A stretch of DNA of 64,000 bases from an uncultured Chloroflexia bacterium (GCA_963765765.1 CAVXYC010000016.1:14151-78150); one strand, 5' to 3'. Shown: positions 22,888 to 33,938, counted from the stretch's first letter. The notes: generated by a model from the letters alone, not told the origin. Made by a program: numbers and translations.

Positions 22888-23095
22888 CACACCCTCGGAA
22901 CCGATCGTGGCGATGGACCGCTTCTCGATGGCTACTCACCGGGCAACGTTTGCAGGGCCGCGGAACGAGGCGAGCCGAGGGAGGACCACCCGCGCCAGCT
23001 CCGCGGTGGCGTGTCGGAGGCGCGTTGCTCAGGGAGAGTAGGCAAGCACCCGCGCCGTGACCCAGTCGTACGTGCGCGGCGCCCTGGCGCCCGCC

Positions 23096-23181
23096 ACAGA
23101 GCCGCGCCAGAGCAAGCGATTGCTCTGTGCGCGCCCTAGCCAGCGGCATCTCAGGAGGGACCTCTCCGCGCGCGGCTCTGT
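23096..23181. repeat. AGAGCCGC-type REP doublet
   Basis: ACAGAGCCGCGC ... GCGCGGCTCTGT inverted pair; family also at 60567-60727, 61624, 63581. Confidence 0.55.
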
Positions 23182-23269
23182 TCGGTGGTGGCAGACCGCC
23201 TGGTCGCGGGCGGTGAGCATGCCGGCTGGGCGTGACCGGCCGCCGCCCGCACGGCGGCGGTCACACCGC

Positions 23270-24067
23270 TTAATCCACCAGCGCGCCGCCGGTGAGGTTG
23301 GCGATGGCACCCGTCATCCCGCCGGCGCGATCAGAGGCTACGAAGGCCGCGTAATCAGCGACTTCGGCAAGTGTCGGGAGGCGCTTCAGCAACGTGGTGC
23401 GCGCTAGCTCCGAGAGCCAGGCGTCTACGGTCAAACCAGAGAGCCCGGCCATGCCAGCGAAGAGCTCGCGCGTGTGCGACGTGGCCACCGCTTCTGGAAT
23501 TGCATGTGGGCGTAGACCCACTACGCGGATGCCGCTGGGACCGAGCTCCCCCGCGAGGATGCGTGAAAGCGCCTCGACGGCGGCGGCGGAGACGCCGTTT
23601 CCCAGAAACCCCTGACCCGACATCCGCGCTCCCGGCCCTGGCGAGAGCACGAGAATGACGCCAGAGCCCTGTTTGGCCATATGCCGCGCGGCTGCCTTCG
23701 CAGTCAGGAACATTGTTCGCGTGTAGGCCGTGATGGGATGTGCGTAGTCTTCCAGAGACAGCTCCGCGAACGGAGTGCCCTGGACATGGGAGATGCCAAC
23801 CGCGTTCAGTGCGATGTCGATACCACCCACCTTCGCCGCCACTGCGTCGGCGTGCCTATCGACAGCTCGCTCGTCCATTGCGTCGACCTCCGCGGTCTCC
23901 GCCCTCCCGCCCGCGGCAACTATTTCCTCAGCCACCTGGTCCAGTTTGGCAAGAGTGCGCCCCGCAAGAAAGACCGTCGCTCCCTCTCGAGCAAAAGCAC
24001 GGGCAACCGCCCCGCCGACTGAACCACCGCCTCCGTAGATCACCGCAACCTTGTCCTTCAGCAACAT
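23270..24067 (-). CDS. SDR family oxidoreductase
   Basis: AAGGAG RBS, MLLKDKVAVIYGGGGSVG, LAGELGPSGIRV, RLPTLAEVA. Confidence 0.88.
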   Translation of the reverse strand: MLLKDKVAVIYGGGGSVGGAVARAFAREGATVFLAGRTLAKLDQVAEEIVAAGGRAETAEVDAMDERAVDRHADAVAAKVGGIDIALNAVGISHVQGTPFAELSLEDYAHPITAYTRTMFLTAKAAARHMAKQGSGVILVLSPGPGARMSGQGFLGNGVSAAAVEALSRILAGELGPSGIRVVGLRPHAIPEAVATSHTRELFAGMAGLSGLTVDAWLSELARTTLLKRLPTLAEVADYAAFVASDRAGGMTGAIANLTGGALVD

Positions 24068-24152
24068 CGCTGGCTCCTTTCTGTGTCGGTTGGGCGCGTG
24101 GCTGCCACGTTCGCCCTCCATCGACGTCCGGATCGTCCGAGCCGTCGATGAT

Positions 24153-24183
24153 TGCAGACACCGCGACGTCGAGAAAGTGGGCG
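24153..24183 (-). promoter_or_regulatory. Predicted ECF sigma promoter, copy 2
   Basis: CGCCCA-N15-GGTGTCTGCA upstream of SDR 24067. Confidence 0.6.
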
Positions 24184-24190
24184 CGCCCAC

Positions 24191-24221
24191 CGCCCAGTTC
24201 GCCCCTCGGCCGGTGTCTCTA
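24191..24221 (+). promoter_or_regulatory. Predicted ECF sigma promoter, copy 3
   Basis: CGCCCA-N15-GGTGTCTCTA upstream of the DHFR-like/MFS/sigma operon. Confidence 0.6.
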
Positions 24222-24300
24222 CTGGCAGAACGACACGGCGCGTGTCGCTCGACTCGGTCACGCAACACGCTTGCGTGGCGCAACTGCAAGGAGAGGTCTC

Positions 24301-24879
24301 ATGCGAAAGCTGATTGCCGGAATGAAAGTGTCTGTTGATGGAAAGATCGAAGGGCCTGACGGTTATGCGGATTGGGTGGAGGCGTGGTCTGAGGATTACG
24401 GTCTCACCCCGCGGATAGACGCGTGCCTGCTGGGCGGCGGCATGTACCCCGGCTACGAGCAGTACTGGACCGCCATCCAGAATGAGCCGGGCAAGCCCAT
24501 ACCGATGACCGGCAGATTACCCACGCCGGGTCAGGTTGAATGGGCCCGCTTCGCGCTGCAAACCCCGCATTACGTCCTGTCGAACACGCTCACCTCGGCT
24601 CTCTGGCCAAATACCAGCTTCGTCCGGGGACTCAATGAAGTCGCCGCCCTGAAGGAGCAGCCCGGCAAGGACATCTATCTCATAGGGGGCGCTCGAACCA
24701 CGGCGAGCCTCATCGAGGCGGGACTCGTGGAAGAGCTGCGTCTCATCGTCTACCCGCTGGTCGTCGGTGAGGGCAGGGGGCTATTCGCAACGTCCGAGCG
24801 TCGTCACGGGCTCGAGCTACGGAACGTTGAGCAGCTAGATGGCGCACGCGTCAGCCTCGTCTATGGAATCGGCAGTTAG
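24301..24879 (+). CDS. Dihydrofolate reductase-like (RibD C-terminal) family protein
   Basis: MRKLIAGMKVSVDG, LKEQPGKDI..GG, GLVEELRLIVYPLVVGEG. Confidence 0.9.
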   Translation: MRKLIAGMKVSVDGKIEGPDGYADWVEAWSEDYGLTPRIDACLLGGGMYPGYEQYWTAIQNEPGKPIPMTGRLPTPGQVEWARFALQTPHYVLSNTLTSALWPNTSFVRGLNEVAALKEQPGKDIYLIGGARTTASLIEAGLVEELRLIVYPLVVGEGRGLFATSERRHGLELRNVEQLDGARVSLVYGIGS

Positions 24880-26347
24880 GTGAAGCTCATGAGCTCATCA
24901 AGCAACACGGCAACGAGAGGCTGGGTGCTGGCGCTTACGTCCGCGGCCTCGGCTATGGTCAATCTCGATTCGCTGGTCGTTACGACCGCCCTCAGCACGA
25001 TCCGTCTAGACCTCGGCACGTCAATCGAGGCGCTGGAGTGGACGGTGAACGCCTACATTCTGAGCTTCGCGGTGCTCCTCTTGACCGGCGCGGCGCTCGG
25101 CGATCGATTCGGGCGGCGGCGACTATTCGCTGCCGGCCTCGGCCTGTTCGTCGTGGCGTCGGCCGCGTGCGCACTGGCGGGCAGCATCGGCTGGCTTATC
25201 GCCGCGCGCGCCGTTCAGGGGGCCGGCGCGGCGCTGATCATGCCACTCGCGATGGCGCTGCTCAGCGTGGCGTTCCCGTCGGAAGAGCGCGGGAAGGCGC
25301 TGGGGATCTTCAGTGGCATCACCGGGCTGGCCCTCATCGCCGGCCCGGTGGTCGGCGGCGCGATCGCCGAGGGGCTCGCCTGGCAATGGATCTTCTGGAT
25401 CAACGTCCCCATCGGCCTGATCATCCTTCCGCTCGCGCTAAGACGCATCCCGGAGAGCTTTGGACCGCGCAGTGCGCCCGACTTTCCGGGCCTCGTGCTC
25501 GCGACGGGCGCGGCTCTCGGGTTGGTATGGGGGCTGGCGCGCGCAAATGGCGCCGGCTGGGCCAGCACTGAGGTGGTGTTGGCGCTCGCGGGCGGGGCCG
25601 TGCTCACCATAGCGTTTGTCACCTGGGAGCGTCGCGCGCACGAGCCAATGGTGCCACCGCGGCTCTTCCGCTCGCGGGCTTTCTCCTCGGGCATTGTGGC
25701 GGGCTTCTTTCTCTATGGGTCGATCTATGGAACGCTGTTCTTCATGGCGCAGTTCCTGCAGACCGGGCAGGGCTACGGACCGCTGGACGCCGGCCGTACG
25801 ATTGCTCCCCTGGACGGGCACCCTGTTTGTCGCGGCGCCCATCGCCGGCGCTCTCGTCAACCGGGTCGGCGAGCGGCCGCTCGTTAGCGGCGGACTGCTC
25901 GTGCAGGCGGTTGGCTTAGTGTGGATCGCGCTCATCGCCGCCCCGGACCTTGCCTACGCCGAGCTAATTGCGCCGCTGATCATCGCGGGCGCGGGCGTGT
26001 CCATGGCCATGCCCGCGACTCAGAACGCTATCCTGGGCGCCGTCGCCGCGCACGAAGTCGGCAAAGCCTCCGGCACGTTCAACACCTTCAGGTTTCTCGG
26101 CGGGGTATTCGGCATCGCGATCCTCGCCGCGGTGTTCGCGCAGGCCGGCGGCTTCGGCTCCGCACAGGCCTTCAGCAACGGATTCGCTCGCGCGATTGGC
26201 GTCTCAGGCATCCTGTCGCTCGTGGCAGCCGTCGCCGGGCTGTGGCTGCCCGGACGTCGCGCGATGCTATTTGCGACGGCGAGCGCAAACAGTGCGCCAG
26301 AGCCAAACAGACCGCTTGACCGCGAGGAGCGCCGCGATGCTGCTTGA
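24880..26347 (+). CDS. DHA2 (EmrB/QacA) MFS efflux transporter (frameshift near 25800)
   Basis: LDSLVV, WTVNAY, GDRFGRRR motif A, WQWIFWINVPIG. Confidence 0.9.
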
Positions 26348-27434
26348 GCGGGAGAACACGGTGATCTTCGGATCCCGGGATGCCATACTGGTGGGGCCAC
26401 GGGGTTCCGAACAGGTGACAGAGAGTCTGGGCGTTGAATCAGCGGATCTGATCCGCAGGGCGCGGGCCGGGGACGATGACGCGTTCCGCGAGCTCACCGA
26501 GCCGCACCGTCGCGAGCTGCAGGTGCACTGCTACCGGATGCTCGGCTCCCTGCAGGATGCCGAGGACGCGCTCCAGGACACGCTGTTGGCCGCCTGGCGA
26601 GGCCTCGGGGGATTTGACGGACGCGCCTCGATCCGGACATGGCTCTACCGGATCGCCACCAACCGTTGTCTCAATGCCCTTCGCTCGGCCAGCCGACGCC
26701 CCGCCAAGGAGTGGGACAATCCCCTGATTGAACCGCCCGAGCCCACTCGGCTGGGTGAGGTCATCTGGCTCGAGCCCTATCCTGACTCCCTCCTCGCGGG
26801 CGCGCTGCACGCGCCACTCGGTCCGGAGGCTCGGTATGAGCAAACTGAAGCCATCTCCCTGGCGTTCGTGACTGCGCTGCAAGTCCTGCCCGCGCGCCAG
26901 CGCGCCGTGCTGATCCTCCGCGAGGTACTCGGATACCACGCCCGCGAGGTGGCCGACATGCTTGACACGACGCTGGAGTCGGTCACCAGCGCCCTCAAGC
27001 GGGCGCGGGCCAGCCTGCAGCTTCGGCTGCCACCTGGCGAGCGCGAACCGCCTCCGGCTCCTGAGTCCCCCGCCGAGCGGGCGCTCGTTGCCCACTTCGT
27101 CGGCGCGTACGCCTCTGGCGACGTCGACGCCGTGATCGCCTTGCTTACGGCCGACGCCCTCGTGTCCATGCCACCCATTCCCTTTGAATACGTCGGCCGC
27201 GACATCGTTGCCGACTTCTTTGCCAGAGTTCTGGGTCTGGGACGGAAGCATGACTTCCTGCCGACGCGGGCGAATGGACAGCCGGCATTCGGAGTGTACA
27301 TTCGGACTCTCAATGGCGGCAGCCGGGCAAGCGGCCTTTACGTGCTCACGCTCGCAGGTGACCGGATCTCGGCGCTCACGCGTTTCGAGCCAAGCGTGCT
27401 CCCGTGGTTCGGGCTACCACAATCGCTCCCGTAG
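26337..27434 (+). CDS. ECF sigma-70 factor, SigG-like, with C-terminal SnoaL-like domain
   Basis: HCYRMLGSLQDAED, WLYRIATNRCL, WLEPYPD, SMPP and TRANGQPAF motifs; start uncertain (26337 or 26415). Confidence 0.88.
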   Translation: MLLERENTVIFGSRDAILVGPRGSEQVTESLGVESADLIRRARAGDDDAFRELTEPHRRELQVHCYRMLGSLQDAEDALQDTLLAAWRGLGGFDGRASIRTWLYRIATNRCLNALRSASRRPAKEWDNPLIEPPEPTRLGEVIWLEPYPDSLLAGALHAPLGPEARYEQTEAISLAFVTALQVLPARQRAVLILREVLGYHAREVADMLDTTLESVTSALKRARASLQLRLPPGEREPPPAPESPAERALVAHFVGAYASGDVDAVIALLTADALVSMPPIPFEYVGRDIVADFFARVLGLGRKHDFLPTRANGQPAFGVYIRTLNGGSRASGLYVLTLAGDRISALTRFEPSVLPWFGLPQSLP

Positions 27435-27440
27435 CGAAGC

Positions 27441-27490
27441 AAGAGTGAAGAGTGAAGAATTGGAGCTCGGAACACTCTTCACTCTTCACT
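27441..27490. repeat. Inverted heptamer tandem repeats between convergent genes
   Basis: AAGAGTG-AAGAGTG-AAGAATT ... CACTCTT-CACTCTT-CACT. Confidence 0.7.
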
Positions 27491-27495
27491 GGCAG

Positions 27496-28437
27496 CTAGG
27501 CTGCCTGCGCCAGCGCCGTCACCTCGTCGCGCTCCTGCGGCGTCAGCACCCATTCCGAGGCCTTCGCGTTCTGGGTCACCTGCTCCGGCTTGCGAGCGCC
27601 GGCGATCACCGTGGCGCATTCGGGGTGGGCCAGGAGCCAGGCGATGGCCAGCTCCACCAGCGTTTTGCCGCGCGCATCGGCGAACGGGCGAATGCGGTCT
27701 ACCACGTCCAGCGCGTGGTCGGTGAGATCGCGTCGGCCGTAGGGGACCTCGGCCGCGCGCGTCCCGGCCTCGGGCTCCTGGCCGCGCTGGTACTTGCCCG
27801 TCAGCACCCCGCTGGCAATCGGTCGAAACGGAATGATGCCCACGCCGTACTCGCGGCAGGCATCAAGGAGGTGAGGATCCTGAAGACCCTCGACGATGTT
27901 CCATGAGGGCTGCACGGAGATCCACGGCGAAAGGCTGTGCTTATCCTGAATGCCGCGCGCCTGGGCAAGCTGCCAGGCCATGTAGTTGGAGCAGCCGATG
28001 TAGCGCACTTTGCCCTGCTGAACGAGGTCATCGAATGCGCGTAATGTCTCTTCCAGGGGTGTGCTGTTGTCCGGTCGGTGCGCCTGATAGAGATCGATGT
28101 AATCGGTGTCCAGACGCTTCAGCGAGGCTTCCACGCCATCCATGATGTGCTTGCGAGAGAGCCCTGAATCGCTGGGGCCATCGCCCATCTTGCCAGCCAC
28201 TTTGGTGCCGATAATGATGTCCTGGCGCTTGCCCTTCACGGCTTTGCCCACGAACACCTCGGATGCGCCGTTGTTGCCGTAGACATCCGCCGTGTCCACG
28301 AAATTGATCCCTGCATCGAACGCCGCCTGGATGACCGCCACGGATCCAGACTCGTCCGCGGTAGCGCCAAACGTGTTCCCACCCAGCCCGATGGCCGAGA
28401 CCTTGAGCCCTGAGCTCCCTAATCGCCGGTATTCCAC
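27496..28437 (-). CDS. Aldo/keto reductase
   Basis: EYRRLGSSGLKVS, DTADVY, TDYIDLYQAH; GTG start after GGAGG. Confidence 0.93.
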   Translation of the reverse strand: MEYRRLGSSGLKVSAIGLGGNTFGATADESGSVAVIQAAFDAGINFVDTADVYGNNGASEVFVGKAVKGKRQDIIIGTKVAGKMGDGPSDSGLSRKHIMDGVEASLKRLDTDYIDLYQAHRPDNSTPLEETLRAFDDLVQQGKVRYIGCSNYMAWQLAQARGIQDKHSLSPWISVQPSWNIVEGLQDPHLLDACREYGVGIIPFRPIASGVLTGKYQRGQEPEAGTRAAEVPYGRRDLTDHALDVVDRIRPFADARGKTLVELAIAWLLAHPECATVIAGARKPEQVTQNAKASEWVLTPQERDEVTALAQAA

Positions 28438-28569
28438 ACGCACCCTCCAGACATAAGTCAGCCGAGAGCGGCATTCTAGCAGTGCTGAGTGGGAAGCTGA
28501 TCGATAAGCGTGGAATAAGCAGCGCGGGATGCGGCTCATATCTCAGGCTTCGTCTGTTAGAAAGAGCTG

Positions 28570-29887
28570 ATGAGCACGTCGCGTTACGCGCACCTCAACT
28601 TGTTCACCGCGGGGCACGGCTACCACGAGGCGGCGTGGAGGTTCTCACCCAGCGGCGGCGGGCCGCTCACATTGCAACATTACGCCGGGCATCGCGGCGA
28701 CGGCTGAGCGGGGCGTGATCGACTCGATCTTCTTCGCCGACTCGCCCGGCGTGGCCGAGTTCCGCACGCGGTATATGCCGCAGGGCGCCTACGACCCGAT
28801 TGACGTGCTTGCCACGCTTATCCCGGTGACGAGCCACATCGGCTTACTGGCGACCGCATCCACCACCTACAGCGCGCCATGGGACATCGCTCGCCGCTTC
28901 GCCACGCTCGATCAGCTCAGTAACGGCCGTGCCGGCTGGAACATCGTCACCACCACGAATCCCGCGGCGGCGCCAAATTTCGCCAATCGCGCCCATCCGG
29001 AGCACGGCGACCGATACGATCGGGCGCGCGAATTTGTGGAGGTCGTCCTCAAAGTGTGGGATGGCTGGATGGATGACGCCGTTGTGGCGTCGCAAGACGC
29101 GGGCATTTGGACCGACACCTCAAAGCTCCGTCCGCCCCGCCACAACGGCGAGCATTTTTCCGTGGCTGGTGTGCTGCCGTTTCCGCGCTCGCCTCAGGGC
29201 CACCCGGTGCTGGCCCAGGCGGGATCTTCTTCGGATGGAGTCGACCTGGCGGCTCGATTCGCCGATGTCGTGTTCACACCACAAGCATCGATGGATGCAG
29301 GCATCGCCTTCAGGGAGCGAATTCGCATGGCCGCGAAGGGCCACGGACGGGACCCGGACAACGTTCGCCTACTGCCAGGGCTCAGCTTCGTGCTGGGCAG
29401 CACGGAGGCCGAGGCCCACGCAGCCTGGGAGCTACTGGAAGCTTCATCCAGCGAGGAGTTTCGGCTCTTCAACCTGTTGCACATCACCGGCCTTCCAGCC
29501 TCGATGCTGGCCGAGGTCGATCCTGATGGTCCGTTTCCGTTCCACGTGTTCGAACGGTCGGCAGGGCACACGTTCGCCGCGGCCGTCACGAAAGTAGCCC
29601 GCGACGGAGGACTCACCTTTCGGCAAACCGCGCATCGGTTCGCAACCCTGCCCGGCGGGCTGCACTTCACAGGGACGCCGGAGAGACTTGCGGACCTTAT
29701 TGAGACCTGGTGGAAGGCGGGAGCCGCGGACGGCTTTACGTTGCAGCCACTGCGACTCCCGTCGGATCTCGACTTGTTTGTGGACCACGTAGCTCCCTTA
29801 CTACAGGAACGCGGTGTGACCCGACGGGAATACTCGGCCGGAACACTGCGGGATCAGCTTGGTCTTCCGCGACCGATGAACGGTTAG
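28570..29887 (+). CDS. NtaA/SnaA/DmoA-type FMN-dependent monooxygenase (frameshift near 28690)
   Basis: GYHEAAWR, FFADS, TASTTY, GRAGWNIVT, PQGHPVLAQAGSS, TLRDQLGL. Confidence 0.9.
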
Positions 29888-30054
29888 CCCGGATTATTCA
29901 TCGGCCGCCTGGATCATTGTCATCCGGGGATTCACCATGCGGTCCGGCGCACCGGTGCGCCATGAACACCGTCAACAATTCCCGCCGTCCGGAGGCCCGG
30001 TCATCCCTCGTGCCTCCGGGTGACAGGCGGACGAAACGGCAATACCAGGCCTGA

Positions 30055-30157
30055 GCCTCACTGTCATCCTGAGCGTCGAGCGAAGGATCTTCCCCGCCGG
30101 CGTCCTGGATAGTGCTGGGTGAGATCCTTCGCTCGGCGCTCAGGATGACAGTGAGGC
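30055..30157. repeat. TGTCATCCTGAGC...GCTCAGGATGACA palindromic element
   Basis: Inverted arms with GAAGGATCT/AGATCCTTC; second copy 31768-31862, half copy near 30351. Confidence 0.85.
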
Positions 30158-30191
30158 CTGGGGTTAGAACGCGAGGCGTCCGGATCCGAGC

Positions 30192-30284
30192 CGCCGTAGA
30201 GCGAAACTCCGTGCCCGCGAGTCAGCGACCCCGGGCAGTAATTTAGGACAAAGACTCGCAGTCACGGAGTCCCGCTCTACGGCG
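30192..30284. repeat. GTAG-type REP doublet
   Basis: CGCCGTAGAGCGAAACTCCGTG ... CACGGAGTCCCGCTCTACGGCG. Confidence 0.7.
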
Positions 30285-30528
30285 CACCGGTAATGATGGC
30301 ACCGGTTCCGGCGTCCATTACACGTCGGTGCGCCGGACCGCATGGCGCTTCTCAGGATGACAGTGACACAGGTGGCCGGGAAATAATCCGGGTAGTGCCC
30401 TCACAGTGCTCGCGTCAGCGAGCTAGCCCTAACCTTCGCGAATGCAAAGAAGTCCGGCGAGCTCGAGAGCTCGCCGGACTTCTTCAAATTTGCCTCGGCG
30501 GAGGCAGAGCTTAAGTTACGCGTCGCTG

Positions 30529-31086
30529 CTATTCGGGCTGGTTGCCAGTCTGCTCGGCAGCAGCAGGTGGAAGCAGGACCGCGTCAATGACATGGATGAC
30601 GCCGTTGCTGGCCATGACGTCCGGTGTCTGAACGCTCGCCTGATTGATGTGCACAGAGCCGTCCATCACAGCGATCTGCACCGGCTGTCCTTGCACGGTG
30701 GTGGCTGACGTCAGGGTAATGACATCGGCCGAAGAAACTGCACCCGGAACAACGTGGTAGGTCAGCACAGAGCGGAGCTGCTCTGGGTCGGCAAGAAGCT
30801 GCTCCACGGTGCCCGCGGGAAGCTTGGCGAATGCTTCGTCGGTCGGAGCAAAGACGGTGAAGGGTCCACTGCCTTTAAGCGTATCCACCAGGCCGGCGGC
30901 CTGGAGAGCCGTGGCTAGTGTGGTGAAGCTGCCAGCCGATACCGCTGTATCGACAATGTCCGGCTGCATGCCCTGAGCTTCAACGGGCGATCGGCCGGCG
31001 ACTGCCACCATTGCGGTCAGTGCCAGCGCTCGGACCACGGTAACCCAGCTTCTTGTGGGCGGGCGAAGCGCAACTATCGATTCCAT
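30529..31086 (-). CDS. Secreted fasciclin (FAS1) domain protein
   Basis: Signal peptide; [34 protein letters not shown]. Confidence 0.93.
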   Translation of the reverse strand: MESIVALRPPTRSWVTVVRALALTAMVAVAGRSPVEAQGMQPDIVDTAVSAGSFTTLATALQAAGLVDTLKGSGPFTVFAPTDEAFAKLPAGTVEQLLADPEQLRSVLTYHVVPGAVSSADVITLTSATTVQGQPVQIAVMDGSVHINQASVQTPDVMASNGVIHVIDAVLLPPAAAEQTGNQPE

Positions 31087-31767
31087 TCCTGGTGCCTCCT
31101 AGCACGTTCATCTGCCGCGTCAATCGCGGCCTGACATCACCTTACGGATGGTCAAAGAGCAGCAAGGAGGCGTTTCTTAGACAAAACATGGACAGACTGT
31201 GGGGCGAACGTGCGGTACCTATGTGGGTATTGGGCGGGCTGGCCGGGACGGGCGCGAGGCCCACGATCCCAGGCGGCTGCTCTCTCGCGGGGCGGCTGAA
31301 CGAAGTTCTCCAGACGCGGGGAACCCGGAGGCTGGCCGCGCCAGCCCCCGGGACACGGGAGGAGATAAGGGGATTCGTTCAGCTACGCCATAGGCCCCTC
31401 CGCCACCGCAATCGCCTGCGTGCTCCGGTACTCGCGTCTTCCTATCACGGGCTACTGAGCAGAACCCCGATTCGTGCTCAACACTCCGTGATATCTAAGG
31501 AGAGATTCGAGCTACCGTTTGCTCTGCACACCCCGCGTCTGTGATGAGCGAATACTATGATTGGTCGTCGAGCCCAAACGCCGGCAGAGCATCCAATCTT
31601 TTGTTTTGCTTCTTCGTACGCGCGGCACAAATGGCACTGGCTCAAAGGTCACGTTACGGCGAGCGGGGCGCCAACTGCATCGCAATGGGAACGATCGCAG
31701 CTTTTGAAGCCCCGATCGGTGGGCTCCAGCGACCCTCGTGGCGGTTTCCCATCCATTCGCCGGATCG

Positions 31768-31862
31768 CCCTGTCATCCTGAGCGCCTAGCGAAGGGTTTG
31801 CCCCAACGAAGTCCAGGAGCCCGGTGGGTAAGATCCTTCGCTTGACGCTCAGGATGACAGGG
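31768..31862. repeat. TGTCATCCTGAGC palindromic element, copy 2
   Basis: CCCTGTCATCCTGAGCG ... CGCTCAGGATGACAGGG. Confidence 0.85.
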
Positions 31863-31920
31863 TAGCCAGGTGTCGATTCTCGATATCGATGCGGCGTGCC
31901 CGGTACTGGGCAAGTCCGAC

Positions 31921-33294
31921 TCAGCCTCTGCTCAACGCCGCCAGCAGCGGTCCCATCTCTTCTTGCTCGTCCAGCGCCCAGCATCGCTCCAGGACCGCGC
32001 GGCAGCGATCTTCGCCGAGCGCCGCGCCGGCAAGTCGACGGAGTTTCGCTTCTACATCTGTGTCCGAGAGTGGGTTACTGGCATTGCCAAGCGGGTAGCG
32101 TAGCTCTGCCACGTGCTTCTGCCCGCCTACTGTGGTCACTTCCATCCGACAGTTGAACTCCTTCGGATGGCGCGCGGTGAACTCAGGATTCTCAACCACG
32201 GTCATCTTGCCCAGCAGTGGCCTTAGTCTGGGATCACGAACGCGCAACTCCTCAAAACTCGCGGGCGAGATGTCGCCATCAGTGAAGGCCACGGCCACGC
32301 AGTACGGGATGCTGTGGTCGGCGGTCTCGCGCGTTTGCGGGTCCCACTTCGCCAGCTCAGTGGCTGCGTTTCGCATCGCAGTGCGGTAGCTATCGATGTG
32401 GATGGAGGCGATTTCCTCCAACGCCACCCGCGTCCGAAGCTCTTGCGCCAGACCGATCGGTCCCTGCGTATCGATCTGCGACGGGAACGACTTGAATGTG
32501 GTGTTGAGGATGCGGAACGGCTCGCTACCGCCGCCCATAGTGCCGATGGAGCGCTGCTCACCGCAGATTTGCTCCCAGAAGCCGTGCTTACCTTCGAATG
32601 ACTCCGCCGGGCCGGTCATGCCAAGCTCGGCGAGCTGGGCCGCAAAGACCGCGGCGCGGTTTGCGCTTGCGGTGGCACAGCCCTTCCACATGGTGAGATG
32701 CCCGACGCGGGTCACATCCAGCGCGACATTCGGGACAACCGCCAGCGTGATCGCCTGGCGCATGCGGGCATCGTCCAGACCCAAAATCTTGCCCGCGCCG
32801 CAGGCCGCGCCAATGACCGAGAGCATGCCCTGGTCCCACCCCAGCTCGCGCACTTCCATCTGATCCGATAGGCGGCAGAACACCTCGTAGGCCAGGACGA
32901 TGGCGGTGATGACGTCCCGGCCGTCGCTGCGTCGCGGCTCGGCCAGAGCCATGATCGCGGGAATCATGTCGCTCGGATGCCCGCCACCCGGATTGAAGTA
33001 GGAGTCGTTGCAGTCCAGGTAGCGAACGGCAACACCGTTCACGAACCCGGCCATATCCGGGCTGGTGGAAGCGGCCGTTCCCCAGATGCGGGTCGCCTGC
33101 GTCCCCGAGATCGACTCGCCCAGCTTGCGTGCAATGGTCGGCGGCTCACCGTCGAACCCGCCGATAGCACAGCCGAACGTGTCGATCAGCGTGCGTTTCA
33201 CGGCATGCACGACCTCGGGTGGGAGGTCTTCATAACGCAGCGCGCAGGCATACGTGCTGAGCTTCTCGAGCGTCTGATCCATGGGCAGGTCCAT
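31921..33294 (-). CDS. MmgE/PrpD family protein
   Basis: RYLDCND, GHPSDMIP, MWKGCA, RETADHSIPY. Confidence 0.9.
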   Translation of the reverse strand: MDLPMDQTLEKLSTYACALRYEDLPPEVVHAVKRTLIDTFGCAIGGFDGEPPTIARKLGESISGTQATRIWGTAASTSPDMAGFVNGVAVRYLDCNDSYFNPGGGHPSDMIPAIMALAEPRRSDGRDVITAIVLAYEVFCRLSDQMEVRELGWDQGMLSVIGAACGAGKILGLDDARMRQAITLAVVPNVALDVTRVGHLTMWKGCATASANRAAVFAAQLAELGMTGPAESFEGKHGFWEQICGEQRSIGTMGGGSEPFRILNTTFKSFPSQIDTQGPIGLAQELRTRVALEEIASIHIDSYRTAMRNAATELAKWDPQTRETADHSIPYCVAVAFTDGDISPASFEELRVRDPRLRPLLGKMTVVENPEFTARHPKEFNCRMEVTTVGGQKHVAELRYPLGNASNPLSDTDVEAKLRRLAGAALGEDRCRAVLERCWALDEQEEMGPLLAALSRG

Positions 33295-33455
33295 TCTCTA
33301 TTGGCGGTGAGTGTGGGTCTTGATGCGTTGTACACCCTGGCTTGCGGTTCCGGCAGGGTCCTTCCCGGGCTCAGCTTTTCAGCACAGCCCATCCGCAAGT
33401 GCGTATCATTGAAGCTCCGCCACCTGCCTCGGACTACTGCCAGGAGTCAGTTACG

Positions 33456-33932
33456 ATGACTGTGTCCGCGTCCATCGCGAATGCCACCAGGAGCGATTTC
33501 GACGAGATCGTGACACATCTCGAGGACTTCTGGGGGGATCACGCGCCGGCGCATCTGCATCACGTCTCGCTCATCAACCAGTTCGGAAATTCAGCGTTTG
33601 TGATCCGTGAGAATGGCCGAGTAGTGGCTTATCTCTTCGGATTTCTCTCACAGGTGGAGCCGAGTAGCTGGGTTCACCTGATCGCGGTACGGAAATCGCA
33701 CCAGGGGCAGGGACTAGGTCACCGGCTCTACGAGCGCTTCATCGAGTTTGCGCGGGAGCACGGTGCGCACGAGGTCATGGCACAGACAAGCCTGGACAAC
33801 CTCGGCTCAGTCAAGTTCCACAAGAGCGTCGGCATGGAGCTGCTGGGTGAGCCCGACGAGCGGGGTATCCCGGTGGTGAAGGACCGTGGCGGTCCGGGGA
33901 AGGACCGGATTGTGTTCAGGATGTCAATTTGA
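33456..33932 (+). CDS. GNAT N-acetyltransferase
   Basis: VHLIAVRKSHQGQGLG, N..S..FH..VG. Confidence 0.85.
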   Translation: MTVSASIANATRSDFDEIVTHLEDFWGDHAPAHLHHVSLINQFGNSAFVIRENGRVVAYLFGFLSQVEPSSWVHLIAVRKSHQGQGLGHRLYERFIEFAREHGAHEVMAQTSLDNLGSVKFHKSVGMELLGEPDERGIPVVKDRGGPGKDRIVFRMSI

Positions 33933-33938
33933 GGACAC

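Noticed and set aside
31120-31151. SigK-like promoter (CCATCC) upstream of the fasciclin gene
   Set aside because: Single instance with no convincing -10; insufficient support
31380-31540. tRNA-like starts on the minus strand (CGCGGGGTG...GGTAGCTCG; GGGCCTATGGCGTAGCTG)
   Set aside because: No anticodon or T-arm (GTTCRA), and no acceptor stem closure
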